A stretch of 63,736 nt of DNA, filler included, from Guillardia theta CCMP2712 (taxonomy: Eukaryota; Protista; Cryptophyta): NCBI RefSeq assembly GCF_000315625.1. It is 4 parts of 4 records of this genome, joined end to end, with 100 filler letters (N's around TTAATTAATTAA, not from the genome) between each part and the next. Parts side by side here need not be neighbours in the genome. Positions count along the whole stretch, not along the records: positions 34,493 to 61,961 come from NW_005434535.1; 3 more parts are not named here. One strand, 5' to 3'. This document shows, piece after piece, positions 34,493 to 48,016 of this stretch. The translations under genes and the position numbers were made by a program. Below the pieces are notes generated by a model. That model saw only the letters and a list, made by a program, of their open reading frames with translations. It was not told the DNA's origin and searched no databases. Every line of letters starts with the position of its first letter. The stretch's first letter is position 1.

Positions 34493-36305
34493 CCTCTGCT
34501 GCTGAAACTTGCATCTGAGTACGAGCGAGAAGACGTCGGCGACTTGCGGGATCTCTTCCAGAGGGTTGTTGAAGTAGCTGTGGAGATCGGAGAGGAGGAG
34601 CTGCAGTGAGGAGAAGATTTCTTCCATGGTGGAACGGCGGTACCAGGAGGAGAAGGAGGAGGAGGCAGGGGAGGGGGAGGAGGAGGAGGGATGGGAGGGA
34701 GGGAGGTGGCTGGTCGTTGGGTTGTTGATGACAAGAAGTCGGTCGGGCCACTGAAGCATCTTCTCGAGTTCCTGGAGAGGATGAAGTGAGGAAACAAAGT
34801 TGAAGAAGCAGGGATGAGGGAGGAGTGGGAAGGTGAGGAGGGGAGGGAGGGGAGAGGAGAGGACGATGAGGGGGAAGAAGAGGAAGAAGAATACTGGGGG
34901 GCAAGGAAAGGGGAGGGAAGCCAGAATGGGGAGCAAAAGGAGGAAGAAGACTAGGGTGGGAAGGAGAATGGGGAGAGGAAATAGGAGAGAGCTGGCCGGG
35001 AGGCGGAGGGGAGGGAGGGGAGAAGGAAGAGTGGAAGGGGGAAAGGAGGGAGGGGAGGTGGGGAACGAGAGGGGAGGGGAGGGAAGGGGGTACCAGCTTG
35101 AGGGCATCTAGGATCTCAGGCTCTCTGCTGCCGAGGAAGTGACGGAGGAGGGAGACGGAGAGGGCGGAGGACTGGATGTTCTCATGCAGGTCCATCGCTT
35201 CTCTCAACGTCCGCAGCATCCCCGTCACCTGCTTGCAGGGTGAGGGCATGCAGACTGAATCTGAAGGAATCATCGACTGCTGCTATCCTCCTGCTCCCTG
35301 CTCCCTGCTCCCTGCTCCCTGCTCCCTGCTCCCTGCTCCCTGCCTCGTTCTCCCCCACTCCTCACTTCGTTTCTTCCTTCCTACCTCAACCCTGAAACCT
35401 TATTCCTTCTTCTGCCCGTTTTTCTTGCCTTTCTTCCTTCCTCCTTTCCTCCCTAACCCTGTCCCTGCTCTGCTCTGCTCTGCTCTGCTCTGCCCTGCCC
35501 TGCTCTGCTCTGCTCTGCTCTGCTCTGCTCTGCCCTGCCCTGCCCTGCCCTGCCCTGCCCTGCCCTGCCCTGCCCTGCCCTGCTCTGCCCGGCTCGGCTC
35601 GGCTCGGCTCGGCTCGACTCCTCTCCCCTCCCCTCTCCTTCTTACCTCTCCCCAAGTGCACAACAGACTTCCAGACATCGGATCGAAGCAGCCAACAGCC
35701 ACCAGCTTCTCGTACATCAAGATGCTCAGGACGCCGTAGGTATCGGCCCAGGGCCTCCTCTCCAGCACCTGCCCAGCTCGCCAGTCAGCTCACCAGCGCT
35801 GCTTGACAGCAGAAACATCACAGATAGGACATGGTTCTTGAGCCTGCGAGCAAACAGCAAGTCACAGCAACCTCACAAGACAACCATCTTCCTGCTAACC
35901 TTCTCACAGCGCGCATGTAGTGAGCTTCACAGTACTTGTTCCAGAGGTCGGAGGACGGAGCTTCGGTCTGGTTGATCTCTTCTGTCAACCTGCGACAGCC
36001 ACAGCAAGAAACTTGATCAGAGATGAAGACGAAGAATTCCTTCCCCCCGTAATCAGCCCTCCCTACTGCTCCTGCCCCTGCCCCTGCCCCTGCCCCTGCT
36101 CCTGCTCCTGCTCTCCCTGCCCCTGCCCCTGCCCCTGCCCCTGCCCCTGCCCCTGCTCCTGCTGCTGCTCTTGCTCCTGCTCCTGCACCTCCCCCTCTGC
36201 TTGCGNNNNNNNNNNNNNNNNNNNNNNNNNNNNNNNNNNNNNNNNNNNNNNNNNNNNNNNNNNNNNNNNNNNNNNNNNNNNNNNNNNNNNNNNNNNNNNN
36301 NNNNN

Positions 36306-36362
<57 letters not shown>

Positions 36363-36405
36363 CTCCTGCTCCTGCTCCTGCTCTCCCGCTCCTGCTCCCG
36401 CTCCC

Positions 36406-36444
<39 letters not shown>

Positions 36445-38292
36445 TCTCCTGCTGCTCGCCTTGCTCTTGCTTTCGTCCTGCTCACTCACCTCGTAATGGC
36501 ATGTAGCAGTTGAGGAGAAGTGAACTCTCTCGCCTCCTCCATCACCCTCCACCTCTCCTCGCTCATCGCGACGCTCTCGCTTGCCGCCTCCTCGCTCCCC
36601 ATCCTCGTCTCCTCCTCTGGCCTTGCCCCGGGCTTCAGCGCCACCTGCTCCCCATCAGCATCCCCGGACCTCAGGGGCCAACAAACCTGCACGACGGACA
36701 GGATGAGTCGGAGCTGGGAGGACCTCCAGGTCTTGAAGGAGACGGTCTGGTCGAGGATGGCAAAGTCCTGCCATCCCTCCTCCCTGTGGGATAAGAGGAG
36801 CTGGAGGCGATACCGGAGGGAGAACGGCTGTTGGCCGAGGGTCTTGTCGTGCTGCCCTGACCGCTCGGTCCCCTTGTCCTTCTTCGCTCCATGCTGCCTC
36901 CCCGTCTGCCTGTTGGGAGCATCGAGCATCTGCAGCATGGCCTTGTGCGCCCTCCTTGAAACTTCCATGTTTACCATCACCTGCCGCCACTTGAGGAGGA
37001 GAGAAGGAAGGAGGAGGATAAGGAGGAGAAGAAGGAGCAGGAGCAGGTGGTGGTGGAGCAGGAGGAGGACCGTTCGTAGCCCTGAGCGATCCTGGTCGAG
37101 CTGTCCGAAGCTGGTCATCCCTGCGCCGAGTTCTGTGCTGAGCAAGAGCGTCTCTACTGCCTGTTGGTAGCGATGGTAAGGCAAGAAGAGAAGAGACAGT
37201 GAGATTGAAGAAGAAGAAGAAGAAGTAGAAGTAGAAGTAGAAGTAGAAGTAGAAGTAGAAGTAGAAGTAGAAGTAGAAGTAGAAGAAGTAGAAGCAAAAC
37301 AAGAAGAACAAGAACAAGAAAAGTAAGACGAAGAAGAACAGAAATGATAGCGAGATACAAATGGAGATGTCAGGTAACAGTGCAGGTAGTCAAGTAGCGA
37401 TAGAAAGATATCAGTGCAGATGGTGAGATGAGGCACAATATCAACATAACAACATCTTTCCTACCCAGAGACTGAGATCAGCTTGAAGGATCTTCAATCC
37501 TCGGCTCCAGCGATCAAGGGAAATGTAGTCTCCCCCCTCCTCAATCTCCTCCTCCACCATCAGCACGTCCCGTTGCTCATCCTTCTCCTGGACGTTATCG
37601 TCCAGCTCCTCTAGCGTGAAGACAGCAATGAAGTCCTTATTCCCCTCCTCTCCTTCTCTGTGCTGCTCCCGGCTCCCGCTCCCCCGCTCGGCCTCTCCTT
37701 CAGGCTTGTTTGCGGTCGAGGAGGAGGTTTGCGACTTGAGCTCGGGATGGGACTTGAAGAACTCCGTAAACCTCCGGCTCAAACAGTGATCCGCCTGCTG
37801 CAACTCGTGTAACGAAGCCTGAAAAACAGTAGAGCAGGCCGGCCGGCAGGCAGGCAGGCAAGGGAAGGTAGGGATGGAGGGGAACAGACAGAGCGGAGAG
37901 CGAAAGAGAAGGGAAAAGATGGACACAAAGATCAAGATTGTGCACATGCTCGACCGTTACAATTGTCAAGCAAACAGAAACCAGGCAGAGAAAGGAGGGA
38001 GACATGTTCTTACTTTCTCTGCTTCATCATCTTCAGCCACAGGTCGAGAAATAGCCCACCTCTTGTCCGCCTCTTGCTCGAACTCTTTTGCTACTGATTC
38101 CATCTGAAAACATGTTACAAGAAAGGAAATCATTGTTTTCTGTGACAATGGTCAAGAATCCAGACATAACATTCACCTTCTGCCCCAATTTCTGCATCAT
38201 GATCTCCGCCACAATCACAATCACAATCACCGTCATCACTGTCACCTCATCCTCCATCATCATTGTCATCTCCATCATCTCCTCCATCGTCA

Positions 38293-38324
<32 letters not shown>

Positions 38325-38331
38325 GTCGTCG

Positions 38332-38364
<33 letters not shown>

Positions 38365-39900
38365 CTAATCGCACCTTTGTGAGCTCGTAGTAGTTCATCT
38401 TCAGCCGCAACCCCTCAAACTCTGAAAGCTTCAACAGCAAGGTTTGCTCTGCCTCCCTCAGAATCTTTCGCAGCAGCTGCCGCGCGACTCCCCAGTCATG
38501 GGGAAACAAAAGGTCGACCTCCGACTCTTTGGTGACCACAAAGGTAACTGCAAGAGGTTGAGAACGCGAGCAAAGGTGAGGAGGAGGAGGAGGAGGAGGA
38601 CCAGAAGCAGTACCAAAGAAGGAGCAGCCGCAAGAGGCAGGAGGCAGGAGGCAGGAGGCAGGAGGCAGGAGGCAGCAGCTGGAGTTCAGGCTTGCTCGCA
38701 AGTCACNNNNNNNNNNNNNNNNNNNNNNNNNNNNNNNNNNNNNNNNNNNNNNNNNNNNNNNNNNNNNNNNNNNNNNNNNNNNNNNNNNNNNNNNNNNNNN
38801 NNNNNNNNNNNNNNNNNNNNNNNNNNNNNNNNNNNNNNNNNNNNNNNNNNNNNNNNNNATGATCTCCTTCACAAGCTCCCGGTCGACAGCAAGGCAGGTT
38901 TGTGCAGCACACGCCAGCACCTGCTCAACAGGGTCAGCAGCTGCATCCTCCTCCTCCTCCTCCTCCTCCTCCTCCTCCTCCTCCTCCTCCTCCTCCTCCT
39001 CCTCCTCCTCCTCCTCCCTGTTCGTCCTCACCTCTCTGTCAACCTGTTGGCCATGTTCCTTTGACGCTGCTTGCTGGGCAGCTTTGAACTCCGACCGGCA
39101 GCTCACCGATACAGTAGCGAAGCATTCCTTCATGGCCTTCTTCACCGCGGCTAACTTGGGATGCTTGCCAGCAACCTGCAGCTTCGACCATGCTTCCTTG
39201 CAGGTGATGACGCAGTCGTTGATCTGCTTGTAGTACTCCGCCTTGGACGAGCTCGCTATGTGCAGCTCCTGCATCTTCCTCACGCTAGATACCAGCGTCG
39301 AAAGTGCTTCAATGCAGCCGATCCCTCCAGTAATGCTTGCTTCCGCCAGCTCAAGAGGCCTCGTGGCCTTGCGAAGCTCTTCCACGGAGTTTCGTAGCCG
39401 TCCAGCATTGCTGCTGAAGTCCTTCAGCCGTTTCATCATGTCCTCCGTCGCAAGGCCTGCTAAGTCCAGCCTTTCTTGGCCCTCTGCTCCAGTTTGGATG
39501 GTGGCGATAATATTGCCATTGTGACGGCCGATGAGAGTTTGGTCTGCACATGAGGAGAGCATGTCAGAGATCGTGCTTCCATCCGCACAGAAGATCTACA
39601 GTGCTCGATCATCTTCTTCAGCTCCATCGCTCTCCTTCCTTCTGCTCCCCCCAACCTCTCTCGGAGCTTGGCATCTCCGTTGATGGCAGCGATGGCTTCC
39701 TTGGCAAGCTCACGTTTCCCCTGCATGACTAGCGTGAGGAGGAGAGACGAGGAGCAGCATGAGAGTGCAAACCTGCTCGCTAGAGGTGTCAAAGATCAAG
39801 TGATCCTTCAAGAGGTCATGCTCGCGGTTGGGGACCGCCGCCTCAACCGCTGCTTTGTGCGTGTGCCACATCCTTCAGCGTCAAGAGAGCATTTTCCAAG
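34493..39900 (-). CDS. Large multi-exon uncharacterised alpha-helical protein (possibly two genes); weak resemblance to exocyst/CATCHR tethering subunits
   Basis: Long helical coding exons (39030-39560, 37470-37820, 36490-37170, 35100-35230, 34493-34770) bounded by GT-AG introns; no catalytic motif recognised. Confidence 0.55.
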
Positions 39901-41052
39901 ACACCTGCTGCGGTGATCAGCATACCTCGCATGCGACCATCTACATCTGTATAGATCAGATATGACAGGGTCGTTCTTGGGACCAGATCACCCTATACGT
40001 TCATGGACAAACCACTGCGGGGTCGCCCGCGGACGATGGCTGCCTCATGCCCCATGGTGCTGGGACTTCTGACTTGTTCGAAGTTATAGATCTCTCCTCA
40101 TCTCCCTCTCCCTCTCCACGTTCCTCTTCTCCTTCCACTGCATCCCCTCCGACAAAACTTCCTGCCATGGGGGAAAGGGAGAATTGCCAAAATTAACGTT
40201 AAATTTCATTTTTGAGTTAAATATAAGTAAAGTGTCATTGATTTTAGTTCTAAAGTAAAGGGACATAGAGTGAAAATTAAGTTAGAAATGGTTAATTTAG
40301 CTTATTTTGTCTGAATTCTGACCAAAACTAGCTCATAAACCTGCTGATTTTGCCAATTTTAAGATTAAAGTATCTGAATTTAAGTGAATTCTTCTTAAAT
40401 TTAGTTGGATTTGTCCCTACACGTTCCCGTGCTTCTCTCCATGCTCCATGGAGCCAACTCGCGAGAGGAGGAGGGGGGGCAAGGAGGCGAGGAGCGACGT
40501 GGTTGTACTGGGTAGACTATGACAACACAAGAGTCCGGGAGAGGAAGTGAAGATGAGGAGAGCAGAGGAGGGGGAAGGAAGAGGACGGAGTAGAAGCACG
40601 AACAGTGAAAGGAAGGGAGAGAGGGTACATCAAAAACAGGAAGATTGGGGGAGTAAACCGGAGAACAGTAGATAATATGACCAGAAAGCGAAAGTGAGAA
40701 GGACCGAGCAGGACATGAGACACGATGTTAGGAAGGAAGCAAACAAGGGCAGCAAGTGTAATCAAGAGAATCCTTCCAAGGATAAGCGGCCGATTGGAAA
40801 GTTTGAAAGTGGGGACGGTGTGTTGTTTGGCCGTCGTTCACTCGAAGCTAAACCTGTGAGATGAAAGAAGCGTTGTGATGGGCGCAGGTTTCTTCACAGG
40901 AGCATTGAAAGCTGATAGCAGGGAGGGTTGGCATGAGGGGTGGTCCTTTGGACCTACCAAGAGTGATGTGAAAGGAAAGGAATCTACAAGATCATGATTG
41001 ATCAAGCTAGAAGTAAACACTATCTTGCAGTATGAGGGGGGTGAGAGGGGGG

Positions 41053-41146
41053 GGTCTTGGTAGTATTTGAGGGGGAAGGTCTTGGTAGTATTTGAGGGAG
41101 AAGGTCTTGGTAGTATTTGAGGGAGAAGGTCTTGGTAGTATTTGAG
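41053..41146. repeat. 25-bp tandem repeat, ~3.7 copies, upstream of PAM18
   Basis: ggtcttggtagtatttgagggagaa units at 41053, 41078, 41103 and 41128. Confidence 0.92.
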
Positions 41147-41410
41147 AATAGCTGCAAGAAGGCATCTGATAAATGGCAGTTTTATGAAGATGGGGAGGTC
41201 AAGGGAGGGTGTTCTGAGGGTTGATCCGCTTTCAAAACAAGTGTGCGGGTTGTTGGTAGCGGTCTATTATGCCTTCCTTGTATGTGAAGAAACGTGTCTG
41301 TGTGTTAAGTTGACAGGAGAAGCAATGTTCTTGGCACTGGAGTTCTCACCCAGTTTGTGCAGCCCACAGACCATTGAGGTTCGTTTCAACCCAAGGAAGG
41401 AAACAGCAAG

Positions 41411-42132
41411 ATGGTAAGTCAAGACATCCTCATCCATTTGGAATTCTTTGGTGAGTCAAAGTTTGGCAGGCGTCTGCGTTCATGATTGCTGCTGGCGTTG
41501 CGGCTACCGCCCTCGCTGGAAGAGCCATTCTCCGACATGTGAGTTGTCATCCCGTCTTCTTTCTTTCTTAGTTGGTTTCTTTCTCCGCTGGTATCTTTCT
41601 TCGTTGCTCCCTTCCAGAGTGTTTGTTGGTTAGCTGAGTTGCCCTCAACAGGCCCAGAGCGGAGGAGCAGCAGGAACAGGAATTTTCCAACACTTGAAGG
41701 GGATGGCGGGAATAGGAGGAGGAGTTGACAAGGGATTCGAGGATCCCATGAGCCGCACGGAGGCAGCCAAGATTCTAGGAATAAGGTGTGTATCAGTCTC
41801 CACTCGTGAGACAGTAGCGGCTACACCATCAAGTTTGCCATGTTCATCTCTCTATGTGGGGAATTCGCATTCATCGCTGAGTGTTGTCTTTCAGCGCGTC
41901 AGCAGACAAGGATACTGTTGCCAAGGTGCACAGGAAACTTATGATTCTCAACCATCCCGACCGAGGCGGCTCCCCTTACTTGGCATCCAAGGTCTGCACA
42001 ACGACTTTGCTCTTGTCCTCGCCTGTCTGGATGGTTCCAGCAGTTGCTCACATGATTTTTTTTGTTGTCTCACAGGTCAACGAAGCAAAGGATGTCCTGT
42101 CAGGGAAGATGAGGTCGAATCCGTTTCGATAA
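41411..42132 (+). CDS. PAM18: Mitochondrial import motor J-protein Pam18/Tim14 (DNAJC19-like), 5 exons
   Basis: ATG-only first exon (41411-41413, gtaag), then [67 protein letters not shown]. Confidence 0.93.
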
Positions 42133-42275
42133 ATCACTCAATGCCACACTCTAGAGAAGAGTTCAATGAGGCAATAGAAACATGCATGTACAAGGAGTAC
42201 TATTGAGCAAAACCACAAGCACCACACTATGACTTTGTACATTTCAGGGTTTAATCATTCTAGTATTAGCTACAT

Positions 42276-43049
42276 TTAGTTGAATTTCTGGTGCCAGTCC
42301 AAGGTGAGGAGAGCGTTGATGGGGCCCTTGCCGGTGATGAAAGATCCGTGGATCATTCCAGAGAATCCGAGCATGGCAAGGCGTCCGTTCTTGAGCTCAG
42401 CGAGCTCGTAGCGAGCGCGGGCCTGGGGGTTCTTGCCGAAGCCAAGGGGATCGAATCCAAAGTTTCCAGGGGTGCGTCCATCAGAGAACATGGTGGATCC
42501 AGACATCTTAAAGTTGTGGGAGAAGTGCTCAATGGCGCCGATGAAGGCGAAGATCTGCCAGAGTCCGCCAGCGGGAACCTGGTAGAAGGCCTCGGATCCA
42601 ACGGGGTTGGAGGTGGCCTCGAAAGGAAGGTGAACAAACTCCTGCACAATGTATCCCAAGGAGGCGAGCATGCAAACACGGCCGTGCTTGAGCTCAGACT
42701 CACGGAGCCACTTGATGTCGTACTTGGAGGAGAAGCCAAACGGGTCAAATCCAACATCTCCGACCATCTTGCCATCCAACGCGGCGGGGCGGGGGAGGAA
42801 GGGGACGGACTGGGACATCTGCTGCATCTTCATGCCTGCAAACCGCGCGTAAGTGTGCGTGCTGTAAAACGATCCAGGCTTCCTCCTACTCCTCTCCATC
42901 CCATGTTTCTCCCGCAAAGCCTCAAGATGTCACAGACGAAACTTACCAGAGACAGCGGAGGTCTTGGCCCTGACTCCAGCGCTGGGAAGGGTGGGAGCGA
43001 AGGCGGAGGCAGCAGCGCATGCGGCGAAGGCGATCACGGCGCGCAGCAT
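42276..43049 (-). CDS. Chlorophyll a/c-binding light-harvesting protein (Lhcr-type) with bipartite plastid presequence; intron 42836-42946
   Basis: [19 protein letters not shown]; [51 protein letters not shown]. Confidence 0.96.
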
Positions 43050-44731
43050 GGCGGGTGGATGTCAGTGAGAGGAGACGCCAGTCCTTTATCTCCCCCCCCC
43101 TCTGACGCGTTTCTACCCTACCACATCTTTCCATAATTGATCCTGGTCGAACTTGGGGGTGGGGCTACCAGGACCCCCATTTCCATGGCACTTGGCACTG
43201 TCGTTTCGGCAGTATCAGGGTAGGGTATAGTACCCTACCCTATATGTGCAGGTTAAGGACCAAGGAGATGGTCTGCTCAACAGATGGGGTAGTGGTGCAA
43301 CAATGAATAAAGTACCGGTACTTTGCGAATGAAATCGGGTGGTCTGTGTAATGAATGCGGGGTCCATTGAATTAGATGGGTAGTTCTCTCGAGTCGACGG
43401 GGTACTTTGTGGGATTTCAGGCTGCAGGTCACAACCGGTCATACCTACCACCCCTCCGAATTCATAGCGCCCCATCACTAGGACGCACTGATCGAATTGA
43501 AAATAAGTAAAATTACAGGTAGCAGAAACCCTGACAATTAAAATACGAGACACACACTGGTACTAAAATGAGTACCCCACCCTTGTACATCTCTCACAGC
43601 AGAGAGTCAGGATATCCCCCCACCCCTCATTCCCTGGCTGTCCATAGGTACAAAAAGTTTAAAACAATTTTTCCAGTAAAATGTTTTAGAATAATAAAAT
43701 CCCAACCACCACCTAGAGTCCACAGCTTTACCCCTCTGAAAGACCTCAAAAACAAGGGGTGGGAAGGGGGATGCCTGGGGTAGTCAGCAAAATAAAAGTT
43801 CCTATCCAACCCCTATTCATTCTTTTTCTACCCCTGTAAATGAGCATAATATCGATACTTTGTGTAGGGTGGGTAGTGAACCCCGATGTGAAACCTGAGG
43901 GGTAGTCAGTAAAGATGAAGTAAATCTTGAGATCAGAGGAAAAGGAAAGAAAATTAGCTAAGCATGGTATCCGGCGGCCCGAGAAACCTGGTGACCTGAC
44001 TACAATTACTCGGATGACTCCGAGCACAGCGGCACCGTACTGTACGGTCCGGTATCCCAGCTGCCGCGACCGGACGGTCGGACCGCGGCACTACCGGGTC
44101 AGTCCAGAAGTTTGAAGCCGGGCGACCGGCCCCGCGGGGCGGCAGGCCGCTCAGACTAGTACCCCGGGCGCCGGTACGCCGTACTACCGGCGGCGTAGTA
44201 CCGTGACCGCCGGGGGCCGGGCGACCGGGCGGCCCGGCCTGTGATCGGACCGGATCGGACGGCGGCGTACGGTACGCCGGTGGGCCGTACCGGCGGCGTC
44301 ACGGCCGCGCCTTCAAGTTCAACCAACTCGCCCCCCCGTACGGTATGATACTGCGGCCACAGTCCGACTCATCACAGACTCCGAGTCACGGTAACTGGGC
44401 GGCGGGGGGAGCACAGTGCACTGACAGAAAGCTCGAGACTGCAAACTATCCGATGCCATGATGATCGGATCGGTGATCCGACTGATCATCCGATCCGACT
44501 CGGATGATGATCCGATCAGCACTACCGTACTACTGCGGCCACCGTGGGCCTCGGGGACTCGGATGGGGCCGGCGCTCGGAAGTCGGTGATTCAAGACCGT
44601 CAGAGTCACTGCACGGTACGGTACCGTCCGTCCGATCCCACAAACCGTTTATCATCTGATGATCCAACACTGATACACATGCACTGTGCACTCTTGACTG
44701 AGTAGTCTGTTATCGGAGGACCAGGGCTTGT

Positions 44732-46382
44732 TCATGTCTCCGATGATTGACCACGGATCTTATCAAGTTCCCGGCTCGCCTCCTCTGTCCTTGATGCCGC
44801 ACTCGGAGACCGATCCGTCTCCGACGTCCTCGGCGCTACTGCCAGCTCACCGTTGACAATTTCTTCATGCTTCCACATGTCAGGACGCAACTCTGATCCA
44901 AGAAGCGACTCTTGCTCCACAGCCCCCGATGTCAATGGCGTGCCGGACGACCGCACGTGGGGGGGTTCGTTCACTGAAGTTCCTCTCGACCCTTGCTTCA
45001 TCCTCCTCTCCTCCTCTCTCTGTATCTTCAGAGCCATCTCATAGTCTGCTTCTTGCTGCTGCAACGAGCTGACATTGGGAACACCATTGTGTAACCTTGC
45101 GCTTCCCGCTTGAGGGTAGAACACTTCTGGTCTTGTCACAGGAGGGTAAAGGGCTCCTGCGGGAGGGTAGAGCCCCCCTCCTCCAAACGGACCAGCATGA
45201 GGATGAGGAATTCCTCCAGCAGCCATGCCCCCTCCATGAGGGTAGTAGCCTCCTAGCCCTGCCACCTGGGGATACTGTGGCACCATCCCTACCCCATGGC
45301 CTCCTGCCGAGGGCAGGGTCCCGGCGACCTGCGCGATGGGCATAGCGTTCGACGCTCCCTCAGCAGCAACCGAGTTGCTGCCCTCCCACTCCTCGGGCTG
45401 GCAGCATAGCCCGCACATGACGATGGAGAAGGCCAGCTGGTAGATGGATAGGATGATGTTGAGGGAGGCGATAGCCCACGTGCTGCCCACGTACCTGCCG
45501 CAGAAGCTGTTGTCGTATGACACGTAGGACGAAGCTGTGAGATGCGAGGGATCAGCGAGACGCGAGGGAGATCGAACACGAGGAGGCAGCATTGAGAGCA
45601 TGGAATGAAGCGCATGCATGCATGGAGTACTCACAACAGTATGCCGACGCCGTCGACGCAAGCACGGTGGGCATGATCACCCCAACAGTGGAAGCGATGG
45701 TGCCAAGAATGAGGCAGGTGAGGTTGACGCCAGCAGCGATCTTGCTCTTGTAGATACTAGTCAAGATGCCCACACACCCGAAGACAAGGGGGAAGACCAC
45801 AGGGATGGTCCCCATGAGCGCCAAGATCAGGAGAACGTCCTGGGCTGACTGTCTGTAGGCCTCACACTGATAGTTGCTGTAAGCTCCTCCGTAGTAGCCT
45901 GAGTTGTAGTACTGAGAGGCGCTGGTGGCGTAGGCAGATTGGTAGGCCGAGTAGTAGCCGGCACTAGCATAAGCCGGTGTTAATCCACTACTGTAGGTTC
46001 CTGGGATGTAGCCGGCAGAGGTTTGAGCAGAGTTGTACGCTGCAGCTTGCCCGGTGTAGTAGTACTGATTGGAGGAAGAGTAGCCCGAGCAGTACCCCAT
46101 GTTGAACCCGGTGTTGAATCCCGCATGGTACCCCTGGTTGTATGCCGCCTGAGCTCCAGCGCTGTATGCTGCTGCATACCCCGAGTTGTACCCGGGGGTG
46201 AATCCCGAGTTGAATCCTGAGTTGAAAGATCCTTTGTTGTTGTTGTAGCCTGAGCCGATGGAATTGCAGGTGTTTGGGATCTTGTACGTAGCCGCAACGA
46301 TCCCAGCGATCAGAAGACCGAGGCCAAGCACCATGTTGACGATGCTCAGGGGAAGAACAGCAGCGATAGCACATCTGCACAT
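44732..46382 (-). CDS. Four-TM membrane protein (tetraspanin/MS4A-like topology), paralogue A, with long Tyr/Ser/Gly/Asn-rich loop and Pro-rich tail; intron 45535-45634
   Basis: Four hydrophobic helices, CxxY and FCxxY cysteines, MCGLCC after TM4; homologous to 48017-49017. Confidence 0.75.
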
Positions 46383-48016
46383 GTTTGATACCTTCCTGGA
46401 AAACTTTTGAGCTCTAGTGATGCTAGCCGGGTGATGCTAGAGGCGATCGCGGAAGTAGCAGGCAAGTCGCGAGGGTTCCTAAGAAGAAGAGAAGAGCAAA
46501 GGGGGGGGGGGGGGATGATAAGAGTGGGGTGAATCGGAGCACGAGCAGGAGCAGCTTCCGCTGGGTAGGGTCAGCGGGAGCAGGAGCAGAGACCAGGTGT
46601 GCTGACTGTAGAGTCTTGGAGGGCGAAGGGGAGGGAGGGTAGGAGAAAAGGGAGGGAAGGGACTTAGTTCGGAGGACGGGCAGAGGCGGGGAAGGCGGGC
46701 GGGGGGGAGGGACTGAGGGCGGGGGTGGCGGGAGGGAGCAGGGCGGGGGCAGGGTCACCGCTGGTGGGAACGTAACCTTGAGGAGCGGAGACCCCTATCT
46801 ACTACTTTCTCAGCTGGGGGATCCTACGGGTGGGTGATACTACCCACCTACGGTATTTGTGGGGTCCAGGAAGTACTGTTGTCATCCGAGGGGCGAGGAG
46901 GTCAATGGTCAAGGGAGGGGTAGGGGTAGTGACCCCACCCCCGTTGTTTTAAGGCTCCTTTTGCGGCCTTTCAGGTGGCTCCCCGTCGCAGGATAATGAG
47001 GCCGCACGAACTCTCGCCGTTCTGATTTTACTTAACTTTGAGTAATAAAGGGAGTACCGTTTCTACCGGTACTACGGTAGTACCGGGTAAAAACCGTTTG
47101 AGTGTCGGACTCGGCCCGGGCCTCACGGAGTCCGATTAGTTCAACTCAACGGTTACTAGTAGTCAGTAACTGACTACCGTACTGAGCCGTTACTGACCGT
47201 ACTACTAGCCAGGCAGTTGGAATGGGCCCCGGCCCGGAATACCGGCGCACCGGGGCGATCTGACGAGTCGGAGAGCAGCCTCAGAGTCAGTGGACCATAC
47301 GTTCGGAAGTTCCGATGAAGTCAGTGGGGAATCAATTCTCAACCAAACAGCTAGCCTGAAATTTACACTGCTCAGTGTTCAACAGTTGTGAACACTGAAC
47401 TCCAGAGTGACAGGAGTTAAGTTTTGTTTACTATAAACGGTACGGGAGGCACTCCGGTCTGAGTGTCTATGTATGTGAGATACTACTGGCGACTGAGATG
47501 TGTACAGCACCCGGTACATGTAACTTGTAACAGGTCAGTGTTGAATATCCTATACTAGTTTGATATGCGTCATATTGCGTCAGTACCAAACTTTCAGCCT
47601 CCGTTCCAATACTCAGACCGCTGACCCACTCCAGTCCGAGCTCAGTCCCACTGGTACTGTCAGTGATTGCTGATGTACTCGCTGCCACTAGTACAGTGGA
47701 TGATGCCACATGGTACGAGCATTAAAACTCCCATATCGGACTTTTACAGCATCACTTTCAGCAGAGCACGGCACGGCACGACGCACGGCGCATTATCAGT
47801 GTTTATCAGTCTATCAAACTTCCTTCTTCTATCCTCTTTCTCTACCATGATCCGCCGCCGAATGACCCGGTTGTCTCAGTATCACGCTTCCGAAGTTCCG
47901 CCGCCAGCGGCTCAGGCCTGGGGTTATCAGTACCAGATGCCAGTGGGCATGATGAACAAGCCCTGATCATCCTTGCTCCTGGGACTGCGGCGGCAGTTTA
48001 GTGGCAACTTTCAAGT

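Noticed and set aside
41053-41146. 25-bp direct repeats as a possible CRISPR array
   Set aside because: The units are contiguous with no unique spacers, there are no cas genes, and the context is eukaryotic.
42850-42917. ORF-track start MREKHG for the LHC protein
   Set aside because: It lies in the intron; the true start is at 43049 with the ASAFAP signal.
42291-43136. 281-aa plus-strand ORF and other long antisense ORFs (5084-6028, 22310-23362, 59798-60649)
   Set aside because: Antisense shadows of GC3-rich real genes.
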